Positions 41,280 to 54,706 of a stretch of DNA of 64,000 bases are shown piece by piece; the first letter of the stretch is position 1; every line of letters starts with the position of its first letter. Origin of the DNA: Tubiluchus corallicola (lineage: Eukaryota; Animalia; Priapulida); NCBI GenBank assembly GCA_030141605.1, contig JAQGDQ010000133.1, positions 62,001 to 126,000 on the forward strand. The letters run 5' to 3'. Position numbers and translations under genes: made by a program. The notes beneath the pieces are model-generated. The model was not told the DNA's origin and ran no database searches. It saw nothing but the letters and a program-made list of their open reading frames with translations.

Positions 41280-43893
41280 ATGTTCACCAAAATATCATCT
41301 TATTTTTGGGGAGGCACAAATGATGTGCCAACCCTATCATCTGAAGAGAAAGCAGCTGACGGTGACTGGGTTTTCATCGATAAATGTGGTAAGTTGTAGT
41401 GAATATGCACTAAGCTTCGCTAAAAATATTCTGAACTTTTTTTAAAGGTATAACAGGTTCTTTCCGTTTAATAACAATTTCAGAAGACACCAATGTTGTA
41501 AGTTTACAGTGCTAGCAACAGTTTATTATAAGTGATACTGTGGCATTTACTGGTAAAAAATTGGAAACATTTTAGTCTGACGTCCCTGTAATCTTCGCAT
41601 TGATGTCACATATATATGTAACTCCTCATTTGCAGTAACGTCTGCACATATCTATTAATCAAGTAAACCGAGCAAAATTATACACATCGGCCAGCAAGCA
41701 GCATTTTAAAATAATTTCTAATTTCCTAATTTCTAGTTTACTACCATTTAAGATTCATTAGAGATTACTGTACTCATTGTAGATGTGTTGAGTGAAAACC
41801 CAGATGATGATGTTGCAACATGCAACCGTGATGGAGGTGATGAAAATTCTGCTAATAACTGTAAGTATAATTGAAATCCTTACTTAAGTTTGAAATCACA
41901 TTACTTCTAACAGCAGTTGCTATGAACTATTAACTTGGATCTACCAAATCAACTGGTGTGTATTCAAAAGAAATTATGTTAATAATTGAAATTAAAAATA
42001 TATTTCAAGGGATATTCAATTTAAAGGCTCAGATTGTGTGAGTTCTGCATGATTTACACATCCATACAGACTGACTTGTAATTGACACCACAACTGGCAA
42101 TGGTTATTTTAAGCAATGGTACTGGGTTTTGAATGTAATAAAAGTTATGACAGACTAGCATTCAATTTGAATGGTCGGAATGAGAATACAAAAACAGAAC
42201 CCTAGAGCGCTTACAATACAGCAGCTGTTGCTCAAGATTACTCACTATACACCATCTCATGTATTTAATCTTTAAATTCAAATAACTATCACATGATCTG
42301 ATTTAAATGGTGTAAGAGAGAAAAAAGTCATAAAAGAGTCTAAAGGCACCTTAGTTATCACACCAAATGACCGAGCCATCCCAGTTATCCAGTCAATGTT
42401 CAAAAAATAACTAATTAGATCTTATTCGCTGCAACCAGTAGCTCCAAGTCTGATAACTATTTCAATAAATTTTTGCCATAGACTAGTTGAACTTGACCAA
42501 GTTTATATAATCCCTCGGACTACAATAATGGTATTTTACACATTTCAATTCGTTAGTAATTTGCTTAATATTGCCCCAATACATCTGAAAAGGAAAACGT
42601 AAGGTTAAAGTTTATTTATACTGATAAAATGATTTATCTGATAGCCATTATTGCAAATGTGTGAGTAATAAGTCCAATGGCATGCTAAACTAACAGTATG
42701 TAATTTACTGTTATCCAATGAAAAAGCTTGTGCAACACATTTTTGGTTTCTTTCATAGCAAATAAACCATAAGGTTTAATCCTTGCATTACAGTGGACAA
42801 AGTTATGCAATTTTCGTTACTTTTCCTGTTTTATACTACACTAAGATGATTTCCCCACACTTGCAAATTATGATCTACAAAATATAAAGCGTGGACACGG
42901 GTGTTTACTGATTGCACGTTTGTACATTTTACAATATTTTAGCTGTAGCTGTCATCCCCCAGCGAGCTGCACTGGTACGGGGAGCACAAGTTGTCGAAAA
43001 ACAGCTGAAATATGGTGCAAAAATAGCCAAAAAATTGGAATCTTCCGAAAAAAACAAGAAGTAAGGCTCAGTTTTTCATAAATTATTTGTGAAGCATTAC
43101 AGTTTGTGAAAATGAAAACTAAAATTTACTAATGGTTAAAACAAATTAGCATGCTCACTTAATTTTTTAACAGTTGTTTCCAGGTTGCCAGCTTCCAATT
43201 TTTTCCCAAAAGGTTGTGCTATATTTACCTGCTAGTAATGTAAAGCTGTAATAATGTACATTAATCAATATAAAAAAATTGTAGCTACGTTTTTAACTCT
43301 ATAATACAAAATCAATGGCAATGTCAGTAAATGCCAGGCAAGAATTTACAATTATAACCTATTTCTCCTTACGTGGTTTTTACTATTATTAACATGCTTT
43401 TTTTCTTTTTAAACTCATATTCTGAACATGAATCTGAGACAACAACTGAGAATTTCCACCTAGTGGACTGTTTTTAATAGTCAAACTTTGCATAAATGTT
43501 CTAAATTTCATTTTTAATTTATAACCTGTCTTAGTCCACTTACTCCATTACATTAATTATTCTGAGTTCTAGTTCTTCTGAACTCTAAATTCTCAGCTTT
43601 TTTTACACCAATGGGAAACGGGCAATTTACAATGAAAAAATGTGGTAGGTTCTTACAGTTAAAATGCTTAGAAACCCAAAGGAGTTACTGCCTGTTTCAC
43701 ATAAAATGATCTCCAATTTCTAAGGTTCTAAGCTTATTTAATGGACTGCTTTGTCTTCTGATGCAGATACAAAAAGACACAGTTAGATAGGTCCAACAAG
43801 GTGCGAGCCAACCACCAGCCAAACCATCGCCGTAACAACAATGCAGTGACCCACAGTGGTAGAAGCAATAAGCGCGAGACATGGCGCAGCTAA
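41280..43893 (+). CDS. DOR/TP53INP-family-like autophagy protein, 4 coding exons, 143 aa
   Basis: Exons 41280-41388, 41783-41860, 42943-43060 and 43767-43893 total 432 nt with GT-AG boundaries and matching phases. Protein: MFTKISSYFWGGTNDVPTLSSEEKAADGDWVFIDKC-DVLSENPDDDVATCNRDGGDENSANN-SVAVIPQRAALVRGAQVVEKQLKYGAKIAKKLESSEKNK-KYKKTQLDRSNKVRANHQPNHRRNNNAVTHSGRSNKRETWRS. The MFxxISSYFWG start, the acidic LIR (DGDWVFI) and the basic C-terminal QLxRSNK block resemble DOR/TP53INP proteins. Confidence 0.75.
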
Positions 43894-44962
43894 GATTCAT
43901 ATCTCCTAGAAAATGCCTCGCTGCTGTTTGGAGTGTTATTTATGTTGTCTTATAACTGAGGGATTTTAACCTTAAGCCTGCATGTAGTTAGCTCGACTGC
44001 TTCGAAGTATCTAGATAGATTATGATGGTATCTATAGTTTTTAGTTACTAGCTTATAATTTTACCTTTGGATGTTGGAGTATGTTGACTTTGTTGTGTTT
44101 GTATTATATACTTAATATTCTCATGCACATGAACTGAGATAAAAAGGATGCATGTTACTGGGATGCACGGAAGTGATTCATTTATCTCGTGCAAAAGACG
44201 AAAGGTGCTCTCGTGCCCAATGTGTTCGCAAAACAGGCATCATTTTATTGAATTCAGATCTCAGGAAGAGTTCTTTGGAAACCTTATTTATTCTATAGTT
44301 ATATATACATACATACATGCATAGCTGTTTAATTATACATGTTACAGTTGATGACATATTTCAGAACAAAGTTTACTACATATTAAGTTGTTTAGTAACA
44401 CTGAATAAAATTGATAAAATCACCAATATTTGAGTCATTTCATTAATAAATAAAAGTTTGTGAAATATTCAGCCTATTGAAATAAGTGCAATGGATTTCG
44501 TTATACTGTTATTCTCCAAATAACAGCAAAAAGTGTGTATTACACAAATACTGATAAGACATCAAGAATATGATTAGCAAACCTGTAGTACCACTTCGTA
44601 TATTTAATATTTCCGTCTCCTCATGTTAATATACAGCAATACATTTCGTTGCTTCTGTTATTTTGTGGTATGCAACTATATAGTTTGCATTACACTGCAC
44701 TTGCCGTAGCTTGCTTGTAACAAGCCTTCTCTTGTTTCGTGTCTTACTGTCAAAAAAATTTCCAGGCACATTTCATCAAAATGCGTGTAATTATGGGTTT
44801 GTTGCATCAAATAACCTTCAAAAAATTGTGGAATTAAAGTATTTTTATATTTCACAACCGCATTATTTATGCCGTTAAATCCAAGAAAATATTACCAAAG
44901 GCATAAATTGCGCTCAAAACTTACAGAGCAAATTAAATTATATCATGGTTCTTTTTGAATAA

Positions 44963-47900
44963 CTACCGAAACAAATTAACTTTGCTCATGAAACTATCTA
45001 ACCTACTCTCAGACAACTCGTTTGCCCAATGTCCTCCATGTTTGAAAGAAGAACCAATGATTAGCGCTGCCGCTTCTGTGAATAGATGGACATTTTCTTC
45101 TTTTACGCCAGATCCAATGATGACTGGTAAACTCACAGCATTGCTGACAGCTAAACGGAACCAAAAACACGACAATAAACAGCAATAAAACAGTTCAATT
45201 TAATAACAAAGTAAAATTTACCACACCATATACATAGCAAATTATTGGCCTATAAGATGCAGAGATTTATGCCACACAAATTACATCTCAGAAGCCACTG
45301 TTTGTTGCCACTATTATATGTATTTTGAAATGCTACAATTACATGTACTGTATTGGTGCCTAAATGTAAATATGCATGTTGAAAGACCTGCTATTTGCTG
45401 TTATTATACACCAGTTTTGTAATAAATTTGCAATACGTCAAAACAATGTCACGTGACGGAAAATGGATTTGCTATTATGTAAATTGTGCAATAAAACCAT
45501 GCACTAGTATGCACACATTTCAAACAAATTCTGCAATTTGTCAACAGTGTCACACGATCAGTCCATCAATAGTAGAGTGACATTGTGTGTCTGTTGTTAG
45601 CATTCGCTAAGAGGCGTGTACTGTCTATGTTTGATCTTACTAGTAATAATTCATGTAATCTCTAATGGTGTATGATAAAAAAATCATGCTTAATTTTCTT
45701 CCAGTAACATTGCATTTGTGACAATACACCTTTTGGCAGCAATATCCATTATACCAATAGCTGAAAATTTAAATTTACTAACTCATAACATTGCTGAATA
45801 TTTACTGCACATGTTTAGCAACTGAAGTTAAGCTGCACTAATTCTGGTAATTGAATGAGTGGGTGACTCATGCTCAACAGTTTCATATGCCATACTGTTT
45901 TGTGAGCATTTGTACACGTATGATTGTGTCTGAGATATTTCTGCTAGCTTAGTGTCTGCTGTTAGGTGTTCATCCTTAGTAATGAAGGTTCCGCCGTAGC
46001 TATTTACATTACATAGGTCCTGCCACTAAATTCTAAATCCGGGCTTGCAGAGTGCTCAACTGCATAAGAAATGGCTTTGGCTCACCTGTATAAGAATTAT
46101 TAAACATACTTTCCAGTTCAGTTGGATCCGTAGGCTCACCAGTAGATGAACCAGTCAGTATAATTCCATCACTGCCAAAAAACTCAAAGCCCTTAGACAT
46201 TTCAGCCACGTTCACATCTCCAGTAATCGCATGTGAGCTAAAGCAATGAAAATGTTTCAAAACAAAAGTTTACTACTGATAACTTTCACCATTATCTAAC
46301 CTTTCACCTTAAGAAACTTGGCTTAGTTTCTTAGCGATGACGAAAGAGTGACTAAATACATTAGAACGTAAATGAGCCTCCGTTCAAAATTGAAAATTCA
46401 GAAACACATAGTTATGGAAGATAATAAAGGCTTTAAATTTATTTAATTGAAACAGTAACTATAACAATATCCTAGCTGATCTTTACAAAAATTTACAACG
46501 AAACTTACAACCAACTTGAAGACACAAAGACTTTACCAGTGTTTCTTTTTAACGTCAGTGTAAATCAGTATGTGTTCCGCACCGATATATCTCCTATAAC
46601 GCAATAGCGGTCCTGCACAAGCATTCATTTGACCTTCATCGGCAATGTGGCCATACGCAAAACCCTCACACCTCACAAAATCTAAGCCTGTTCAAACAAA
46701 AACCGATCTTTGAGACATTTAAGAGGTCAAAAGATTAACATTATGATACAATATAAAACTAACTAACAAAAAAAAACTACAAAATGGCTTTTAACAGAAT
46801 AAAATAAAAATTTTGCTAACTGACATTTTAAATACCCTATAGAAGAGAAGGCTCAAGACTCTGGATGGCTTAATTTAAAATGTATAGCCACTTTTTTGTA
46901 GTAAATATCACACAGTTCAAGCTGACCAGCAAAGTTACTCTGATGAGGTATGTACCAATAAAAAACACCCTATCAATGAAGCGTCAAATGTTTGCTTTAT
47001 AACTTAGGTTGCAGGTTCTTTGCTAATGAAAACCAAATCACAATGATTTTACATTTAACGTGCCATGGAGCTTCAGCTTTGATTTCATTCATTATAAATT
47101 GCAATCTATGAGTAACTTTTTGCTCCAAAGATAAATCATAATCATAAACCGAAATTTTTAAAACATAGTGATAGTGGTGTGCTATAGCTTTTGTACTATG
47201 TTGCGTGTTGCTGTGCTGTACACTTACACTTCAGTGTTACACTACACGCTATGTTATATTATTGGTAGTAAAAACAGCATGTTAAATAATGAGAGACAAT
47301 AGAATAAAAGCACTAGTTAAAAGTGCACTTAGCCAATGTCTCTTTAATAAACTGCATCAGAGCTCAGAGGATGGAAATGAACTGCGATTGTTAGTTTAAT
47401 TCATGTTACCTGCTCATCTTGTGTGGCTACAAATAAAAAGGTAGAACCAAACTTTAGCTCAAAATACTAAAGACTAAAAGTATAAAAAGAGACAACCTGA
47501 TACAATATGTGGTTGTTAGATAGTTCCCAAAGATGGAAAATGTGGCTTACAGATCTGCTGCAAAACAAGCTTAAACTCTTCCTAGCTAGCTATTTAATTG
47601 ATTAACACGAAAGCAAGGTGCAGAAAATATGTCGACAAATCTAGAGATTAATTTTTGCTAGGGCTAAGAACCAGAAACAGTATCACTGGTAAGAGGATTA
47701 AATTAATTATTACAATGTATATTAATTAGAATTGCAATATTTTGCAACATATTTTGTGCATAAAGCTGGAGCTATAATTACATCTAGTTGTTTCACTGTA
47801 TAATGTTACAATTATGTTAAGTATAATAACAGCCTAATAACATACCTACTTGCAGCTAGTGCCACTGCTAATGCTTGTTTATTTGCTCCAGCTAGAATTT

Positions 47901-49409
47901 GAATTCCTAGAGGCAAACTCGGCACGGCTTCTCTAACATTTACGCATACTCTTGTCATTGTGGCCACCGTCTCTGCTCCAACATCATCTGTGCGACAGTA
48001 TGGAACATCATGCATGTTTTCAATGCAGATTCCATCCTGTAAGGGTAGATAAGATGACTAGTATCATTGCAAGGGCTACTGCTGTTCCTACAAACTTATA
48101 AGAACAGATAGAGGGTTAGAGCAGTAACTGTTTCGAAAGTCAACATTATATGGAGAGATTTCGATTTTTGTGAATGAAGTTTATGGTTAACTAAAACCAT
48201 ACCCATCCATTTTTATAAATAACTAAGCCAATAACACAAGACAAAATATGATAGAATGAGCCTACTATCTATAAATTTTGCCGAAAAAAGACATGTAAAC
48301 TAATATGGAATGCAAAGCATTGTGTTACTCGCTTATTGACCATTTAGCACTGCCAGGGATCCATGTCATCAATATGTTATTTAAAATGTCATTTAACTTT
48401 AGAATACAAAATTACTCTACTGTGTCAAAACTGGCTAAAAACCTATTGCATGAACAACAAGCATGAAACCAGTTTCACGGCGAAACAAATGACTTTACGA
48501 AAGTTACTTTGTAAAATGAGTATGATAGAAAACTCACAAAAATCAGAACTCAAATATGCATTTGACCTAGAAACCAAACTTTGGATTGCAAGTTCAACTC
48601 CATACCACTAATCTTTTCAATCTAACAAGTATTTATGAGTTTCCATGCAATAAAAAAAGTCTTATAAGTTTGAAACGAACCAGAAGCAACCCCTAACACT
48701 CACCAACCCAGCATTCTCATACATGGCTGCTTCGTGAATGGCTAAACTAGTGATTTCTTCTGTTGTAAGCTTAGCATTTGGACTTCCTATAACAACAAAG
48801 CAATTATACTTCTGATACTAGCTTCATACATAAGTTATACACGCAATTACAAGTAAAGAACTGTTAATAATATACACAAATCCAGGAAATACAATAAAGT
48901 CAGCAGAAACTTCAAAAGTCATTCCAACATTGAGCATACTGCAATAATTTTATCAACAGCCTTTTGTTTATCTCTTTTTAATATATTTGGACCTCCAGCA
49001 AGCCAAAATAAAATGTCCACAAGCAATTTTCCTAGCAATCATCCATCCACTCACTTCCCAAACAAGCCAAAAAGTGCAATCAACTGTGCAGTCAACCAGC
49101 TCACCTACTGGGCTATTTATCTAAAAGTGACATTTTTTCTAATTTTATCAATTTCTTGACAACTAAACAAGACCAGAAAACTTCGTCACTGCGCATATTT
49201 AAAATAATTATAGCTGGGTGGATCAGTTTTTTTTAGCTAGGTAAATATCATTAAATTATATCGAATGCCAATAAAAGTTTAGAGATAATTCGTCTACAGT
49301 AAAACTGAGAGAGAAATAAACCCTTACCTGGCAATGCTCTGACATGGATCATCCCAATAACAGACGTTTTCATTCTTCCAAATAAATTTCTGAATGCTTG
49401 ATTTGCCAT
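44963..49409 (-). CDS. BtpA/SgcQ-family TIM-barrel protein (C. elegans F13E9.13-like), 6 coding exons, 272 aa
   Basis: Exons 49328-49409, 48704-48786, 47850-48036, 46537-46687, 46110-46237 and 44963-45150 total 819 nt with matching phases. Motifs: VIGMIHVRALPGSP, DGICIENMHDVPY, LPLGIQILAGAN, DFVRCEGFAYGHIADEG, DVKKKHCSHAIT, DGIILTGSSTG, PVIIGSGV, IIGSSFKHGGHWAN. Confidence 0.93.
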
Positions 49410-49710
49410 TATTAATGGCCCATGCAAGTAACTTTCCTTAAATTGTCTATACAAATACTTGCATTATAATGTATACCAATAATACCATAATTTAATCAAT
49501 AACTGCTAATGCCAAGCTTATTTCATTTTAACACAACGGTTAAAATATGCAAATAATTTACCACCATTACGACTGGCTAAAATATGAAACCCAAATTTGA
49601 TACAAAACGCCTGTATGCAAATAATTACAGTGCAAATATAATAAATTTTACAATAATCTTTTGAAATGAGCTAAAACACGAACCATTAACAAGAACGCTG
49701 AGTGGCCATT

Positions 49711-49960
49711 ACTCACGTGCTTATGCAGCACAACCGCCACACTCAACCTAGCATAACACATAAACTGAACTACTGTACCTCTCTACTATACCTCATTCTC
49801 TTTCAACAGGGTCACGGCCGTGCATGTTTGTAAACAAAGTCACGTGATTAGCGTACGTGTGTCACACAAACTTGCTAGCCAATAGTAAGGCAACGTTTGC
49901 TGCCTCGCCCATCTCTACAGTATACTCCAATAGTTATCGCCGCACATGATTGGTCGTTAT
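49711..49960 (-). promoter_or_regulatory. Promoter and likely non-coding first exon of the BtpA-family gene
   Basis: Minus-strand donor GTGAGT at 49711-49716 and acceptor at 49448-49450 upstream of the ATG. Motifs: GTCACGTGAT E-box (49839-49848), GTAAACAA forkhead motif (49830-49837), CCAAT (~49879) and ATTGG (~49949). Confidence 0.55.
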
Positions 49961-52900
49961 AAGGTTTAATTGTTGAAACCATAATTTTGCACAGTGCATT
50001 GTCCGTTTGCAGCAAATAAAATCACTTTAGTTTCATAGATTTCTGAGTCTCAGATTATGTAATTATGCTGTACACTATTAAAGTTGGCCCGTTGGACATT
50101 ATGAGCCTGTGACATATCAGCGCTAGAAAGGTTGGGTTTTACATACCCACATACGGCGGATATAAGCCGTGTCAATGCTTTAATTTCAGTTAACCTACCA
50201 TACCGTAAGCAACTACAGCCTTTAGCAGCGAATAATTGTTTATAAAGCCGGTTGGTTCTAGGAGCGAGACTGTATGTCTGACTGTCTGTGGATCGTTGTT
50301 AGATGAATATGTCTAATTTAAATACAAGTTCAGATACAAATGTATGTATAGATGATTTTATGGCAATAAAATTCAACTTACAAAAATTTTAATTATTTTT
50401 TTTCTGAAGCTGAGTCCAATTAGTAAAACAACATTAATATCATGTCGATAATAGACATATTGGTTATCACCCATGGAAATAAAGTTCTCCAATGCATGTA
50501 TAATATATTTGAGCAGGGAAAACGTATAATTTACGATCAATACTGTCACATTCTTGTTACCACGCACAGTTGTAAAAATGCGTATTTCGTCACATGGTCT
50601 TGTATAGGCCTATACTTAGTTTAGAAAACACAATAAAAATTAAATAGTTAAGTGACATAATTAAATATAAATATATGCAATTTTATTTTCTTGGTTAACA
50701 AAAAATAATGAGAATATTTGAAAATTCGGTTATGATTATGACAGTCAAAACAGCAAAGGAATTGAAAAATCGCCACAGGAAATCAATGTCGACATGCAAG
50801 TCAATTTTTATCCAGTTTGTCAATTCTTGGCATCGCCAGAAACAGATTTTCCAACTTAAATCCAATTGGTACCAAACGGCAGCTGGATAGTCGACAAGGG
50901 CGTATTTACCAATGTAGCCAACTAGGCTGTAGTGTAGAATATGGCGCCAAATTTTCAGGGGCGACATATTTTTAGTGGACAAGAATAAAAATTCCTATTC
51001 TTAAATTCTCCTCGGAAAATGAGTGCACTTATGCGTTATGAGGCATGGCTACTTTTGAGCAATTTTGAAAGCGTGTACGTGTACGCCAGCAAGTTATTCT
51101 TTCTTAAATTTTCTGGAAGGTCCAAAAATTACGGACTACCCTTAGAATACCAGAAGTTATAACCAACCACAAGCAAGAAATGGCCTAATGGGTCGGTTTT
51201 TATGTAATTAAGTGCCACACCACAGGCAGATATACGAATTCTGCTTTTGGATAAGCGCTTAATAACGAGCAAGTATAGTTTGCACAGTTAATGTATAAAA
51301 TGTATGACATTACAGTTATTTGCGCAGTCATAGATGAAACATTCATGTAATTAATAATAATAATAATAACCACATAATTACTAAAATAGTAGGCCCATAC
51401 CACAAGAATTGTTCACTAAGTACTGTACCATATACAAACAACCATAGTGGGATGAACAGAACTGAACTAGCAACCTAAGGTTGTCATTAGATCTTGATAC
51501 TCCCGTGATAGTCGAGGAGAATATAGATGCATCTATAGGCATTACAACTCTTTCATTTATCAGAGTCATATTTATTCTGTTGTGCAGATAGCCAACTAAC
51601 GTTGCAACCGACTACTAACGGCTCCAATATCTTTGTGCCGATTATTTTGCAAAACAAAATTTGAAAACAATAAACAAATAAAACAGAAAGTTGCTTGTAA
51701 TCATATTGCGTATGAATCTGAGAGCCAAAATTGCCTTGATTGCCCTTTAATCCAGCTGAAGATCAATCTTTATGTTATACACAACTTGACGTGCTTAGAA
51801 CAACAACATAATTATACTGAAATTAATTCTTCATTAATTCTGTATATATGCAATAGAGATAAGAAATACTTATTTAGCAAAGAAGGCTAGTGCCATACAC
51901 CTACAACAATAGTTGAATAGATTAAGAAAAACAAACATAAATACGTGGATAAAAATAAGTATAAGATATAGCTATAATAAAAAATAACTATAGAATAAAT
52001 ATAAGATATTTTCTGGCCAGGGGTCTCAAATCAGAGATTCCAATCATTGATCTGCCGCCTGCCACCGAATTAAAACTTATGCATTTAAATTAGTATTGAA
52101 ACTAGTATTTAAGTTATTTTATACATTCATTATGCTTATTATGCCTACTAAGTCTCCTATACCAGTGCCCTAGATTGAGAGTGCGTTACTTTGCATGCGG
52201 GAGTACATATTAATTATTTTACTCAAATGCATCTAATCCCCTTTGTACCAACGGAAACTGCATAACCAACCAAGGCTGAGGTGTATTGCTAGGTATTATA
52301 TCTATAACATGGTATATGTATTGATATTTTGCGCCCAAAGAACAAAACACGGTGAACAAAGGCATTTCGTGACACGGCTGTAGAGGCAGCTGCATGAACG
52401 CGAGGCAGGTATATTGAATTCACGCTGTCTGCATAGGCATGTGTGACTAGGAATTAGCAAGGCGTATTCAAGTTTTTGATTACATGCAGAATTTATGAGC
52501 GTGATTAGAGCTATTGATTTTTATTTTCCATGGCGTACTTGGCCTTGGTACAAACAAAATTAAGATATAGAAAATCTGCTATACTTTTGTATCCCTATAT
52601 CAACGGATTCAATTTATCCTTAATTCTTAGTCCTTATGCCATTCAATTCAATTTTAAATGCTATAAATCAGAATTGGATGAACAAATCAACAGGACGCAC
52701 ATGATTAGAACAAGGAAGTAATATCAATTTATGAACTTTTGCAATTTTATTTTAGCTTAAATATTATAACTATTTCTTAGGTACGTGCTGTTCAATTTAA
52801 AGTAGCACTAATGTAAAATGGGCATTCAGGATAAAAGTAGTCAGATAATACGAATTATTTTTAAATAATGAGGAGATGCGACAGATTACAAGTGATGAAT

Positions 52901-53218
52901 GATATTTCTTAATGAGATGATTATTTCGTCTTTATAGAGATTATAGTAATTAAATTATTGTTGATGTGCTAATTATTATAACGCGTTGACGCTATGTTTT
53001 CTTTCACCTGAAAATAGTTGACAGTGGAGGACCGAAACCGGGTGACTTTTCGTTTTCTTGATGTGCTTTTTATCAAAATACTAGATTTTTTTTAATATTG
53101 ATCCGCCACACTCCCATGCCAGTCATTCTGTTTTCATAACCAGAACAGATGACGGCACGCGTCGCACCAATAGTCGCTCGTCCTAATTGCTTAATTACTC
53201 CTCACAAAGCCATATTTA

Positions 53219-53612
53219 TGTGTTCAAAATTATAGCTTAGCAAATGCCTATATATGTGCAGCAACAACTTCACCTGGTATTTACGTTTGCATAAACACAA
53301 GACCATTAAAAGGCTAAGCTCCATGAAAGACACGCAACTTTTATTATAAAATGTACTAGCAAGTGATAATTATTAAAATAGATGAAAAGTTAAACTTGAA
53401 AAGCGAAGCCAGTTGCAGGATTTAAAAAACCATGTTAGTGTGTTCATAATTATAGCCTAGCAAATGCCTGTTCTATTATAGCCTGCTCTATAGCGTGTTC
53501 TATAATCACTATCATTACAACAGCAGTTTCACCTTGTAAGGTACGGTTGCATAAATGCAAAACCATTAAAAGGCCAGACTCAATGAACGATTCACAAATT
53601 TTATTAAAAGAA
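53219..53612 (+). repeat. Diverged local direct duplication
   Basis: 53219-53353 and 53439-53612 share tgtgttca.aattatagc.tagcaaatgcct, ttgcataaa and accattaaaaggc. Confidence 0.7.
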
Positions 53613-54580
53613 GGCTTTTCAGCTTGTACTGCTGTTAAAAAGCCTCCGTACTGTAAAACATTTTGTTTTTATCAAAAGAGGTCGCCTCATGTTTGCACGG
53701 AAGAGCAGAGCAGCATAATGTACAATTTATTGTACATATTAATAATATCATGGATTTATAATATTGGCGTTGACAGCATAAAATCTCAACATGTAAAAAC
53801 TGTAAGATATAGAAAATCCGTGGGTATAGCGTGTTCTATAATCACAAGTAATGATTATCACGCTTTTCAGAGTTTTCGGTAGGGTGTCAAATTGAACATT
53901 TTATTAAAATATACTCACAGCTTTTTCAAACCAAAAAAAGTAGTGAAAGATCAACAAAAAGACCACTAAATATACGCATCTCCTTTTCATCACTTCAAAC
54001 TCATACTTAATACTGACAGAAGCTAGAACTCATTTTCACTTGGATCAAATTAAAAGTAGAATAAGAAAGTAGCATAGGCTTTCGTCTGGAACACCAACTA
54101 AAATACGTGTAATGTACACTGCAAACTGCACAGTGCAGATAGCATGAAAGACCAAAACATTAATCTTGTGCTTTATTGGTGCAAGCCCAGAATCCAGCAT
54201 TCAATAGCAGGCCTACTTAATGTTGATAATTGTGGCATAACCGGAATCTAGCTTATTATGTAGGGTAATCCTCTGACAGAGATGTCTTAATCACGTTCGG
54301 ATTTAAATACATCCCCCTCTGTGAGTCAGACAGCCAAAATCAGTATGGTCAACTAAACTGACCTAAGTGAGCATTAAACATAATGGTCAAATCAAATAAA
54401 ATCATTTATTTTTCATCCCAATAACAATACATAGAAAGATAAGCATAAATTAAAAAAACAAATGGGAATGGGTGGCGAGGAACATTAGTTATCGAATCAG
54501 CCACCCCCAGCTGAGTATTAAATTAATATTATGCAGTGCTGTAAATACATATTAATTGTATATAAACTGAAGTATACGGA

Positions 54581-54619
54581 CACACACGCACACGCACACG
54601 CACACGCACACGCACACGC

Positions 54620-54706
<87 letters not shown>
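54581..54706 (+). repeat. (CACACG)n(CA)n(TA)n compound microsatellite
   Basis: Directly visible. Confidence 0.95.
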
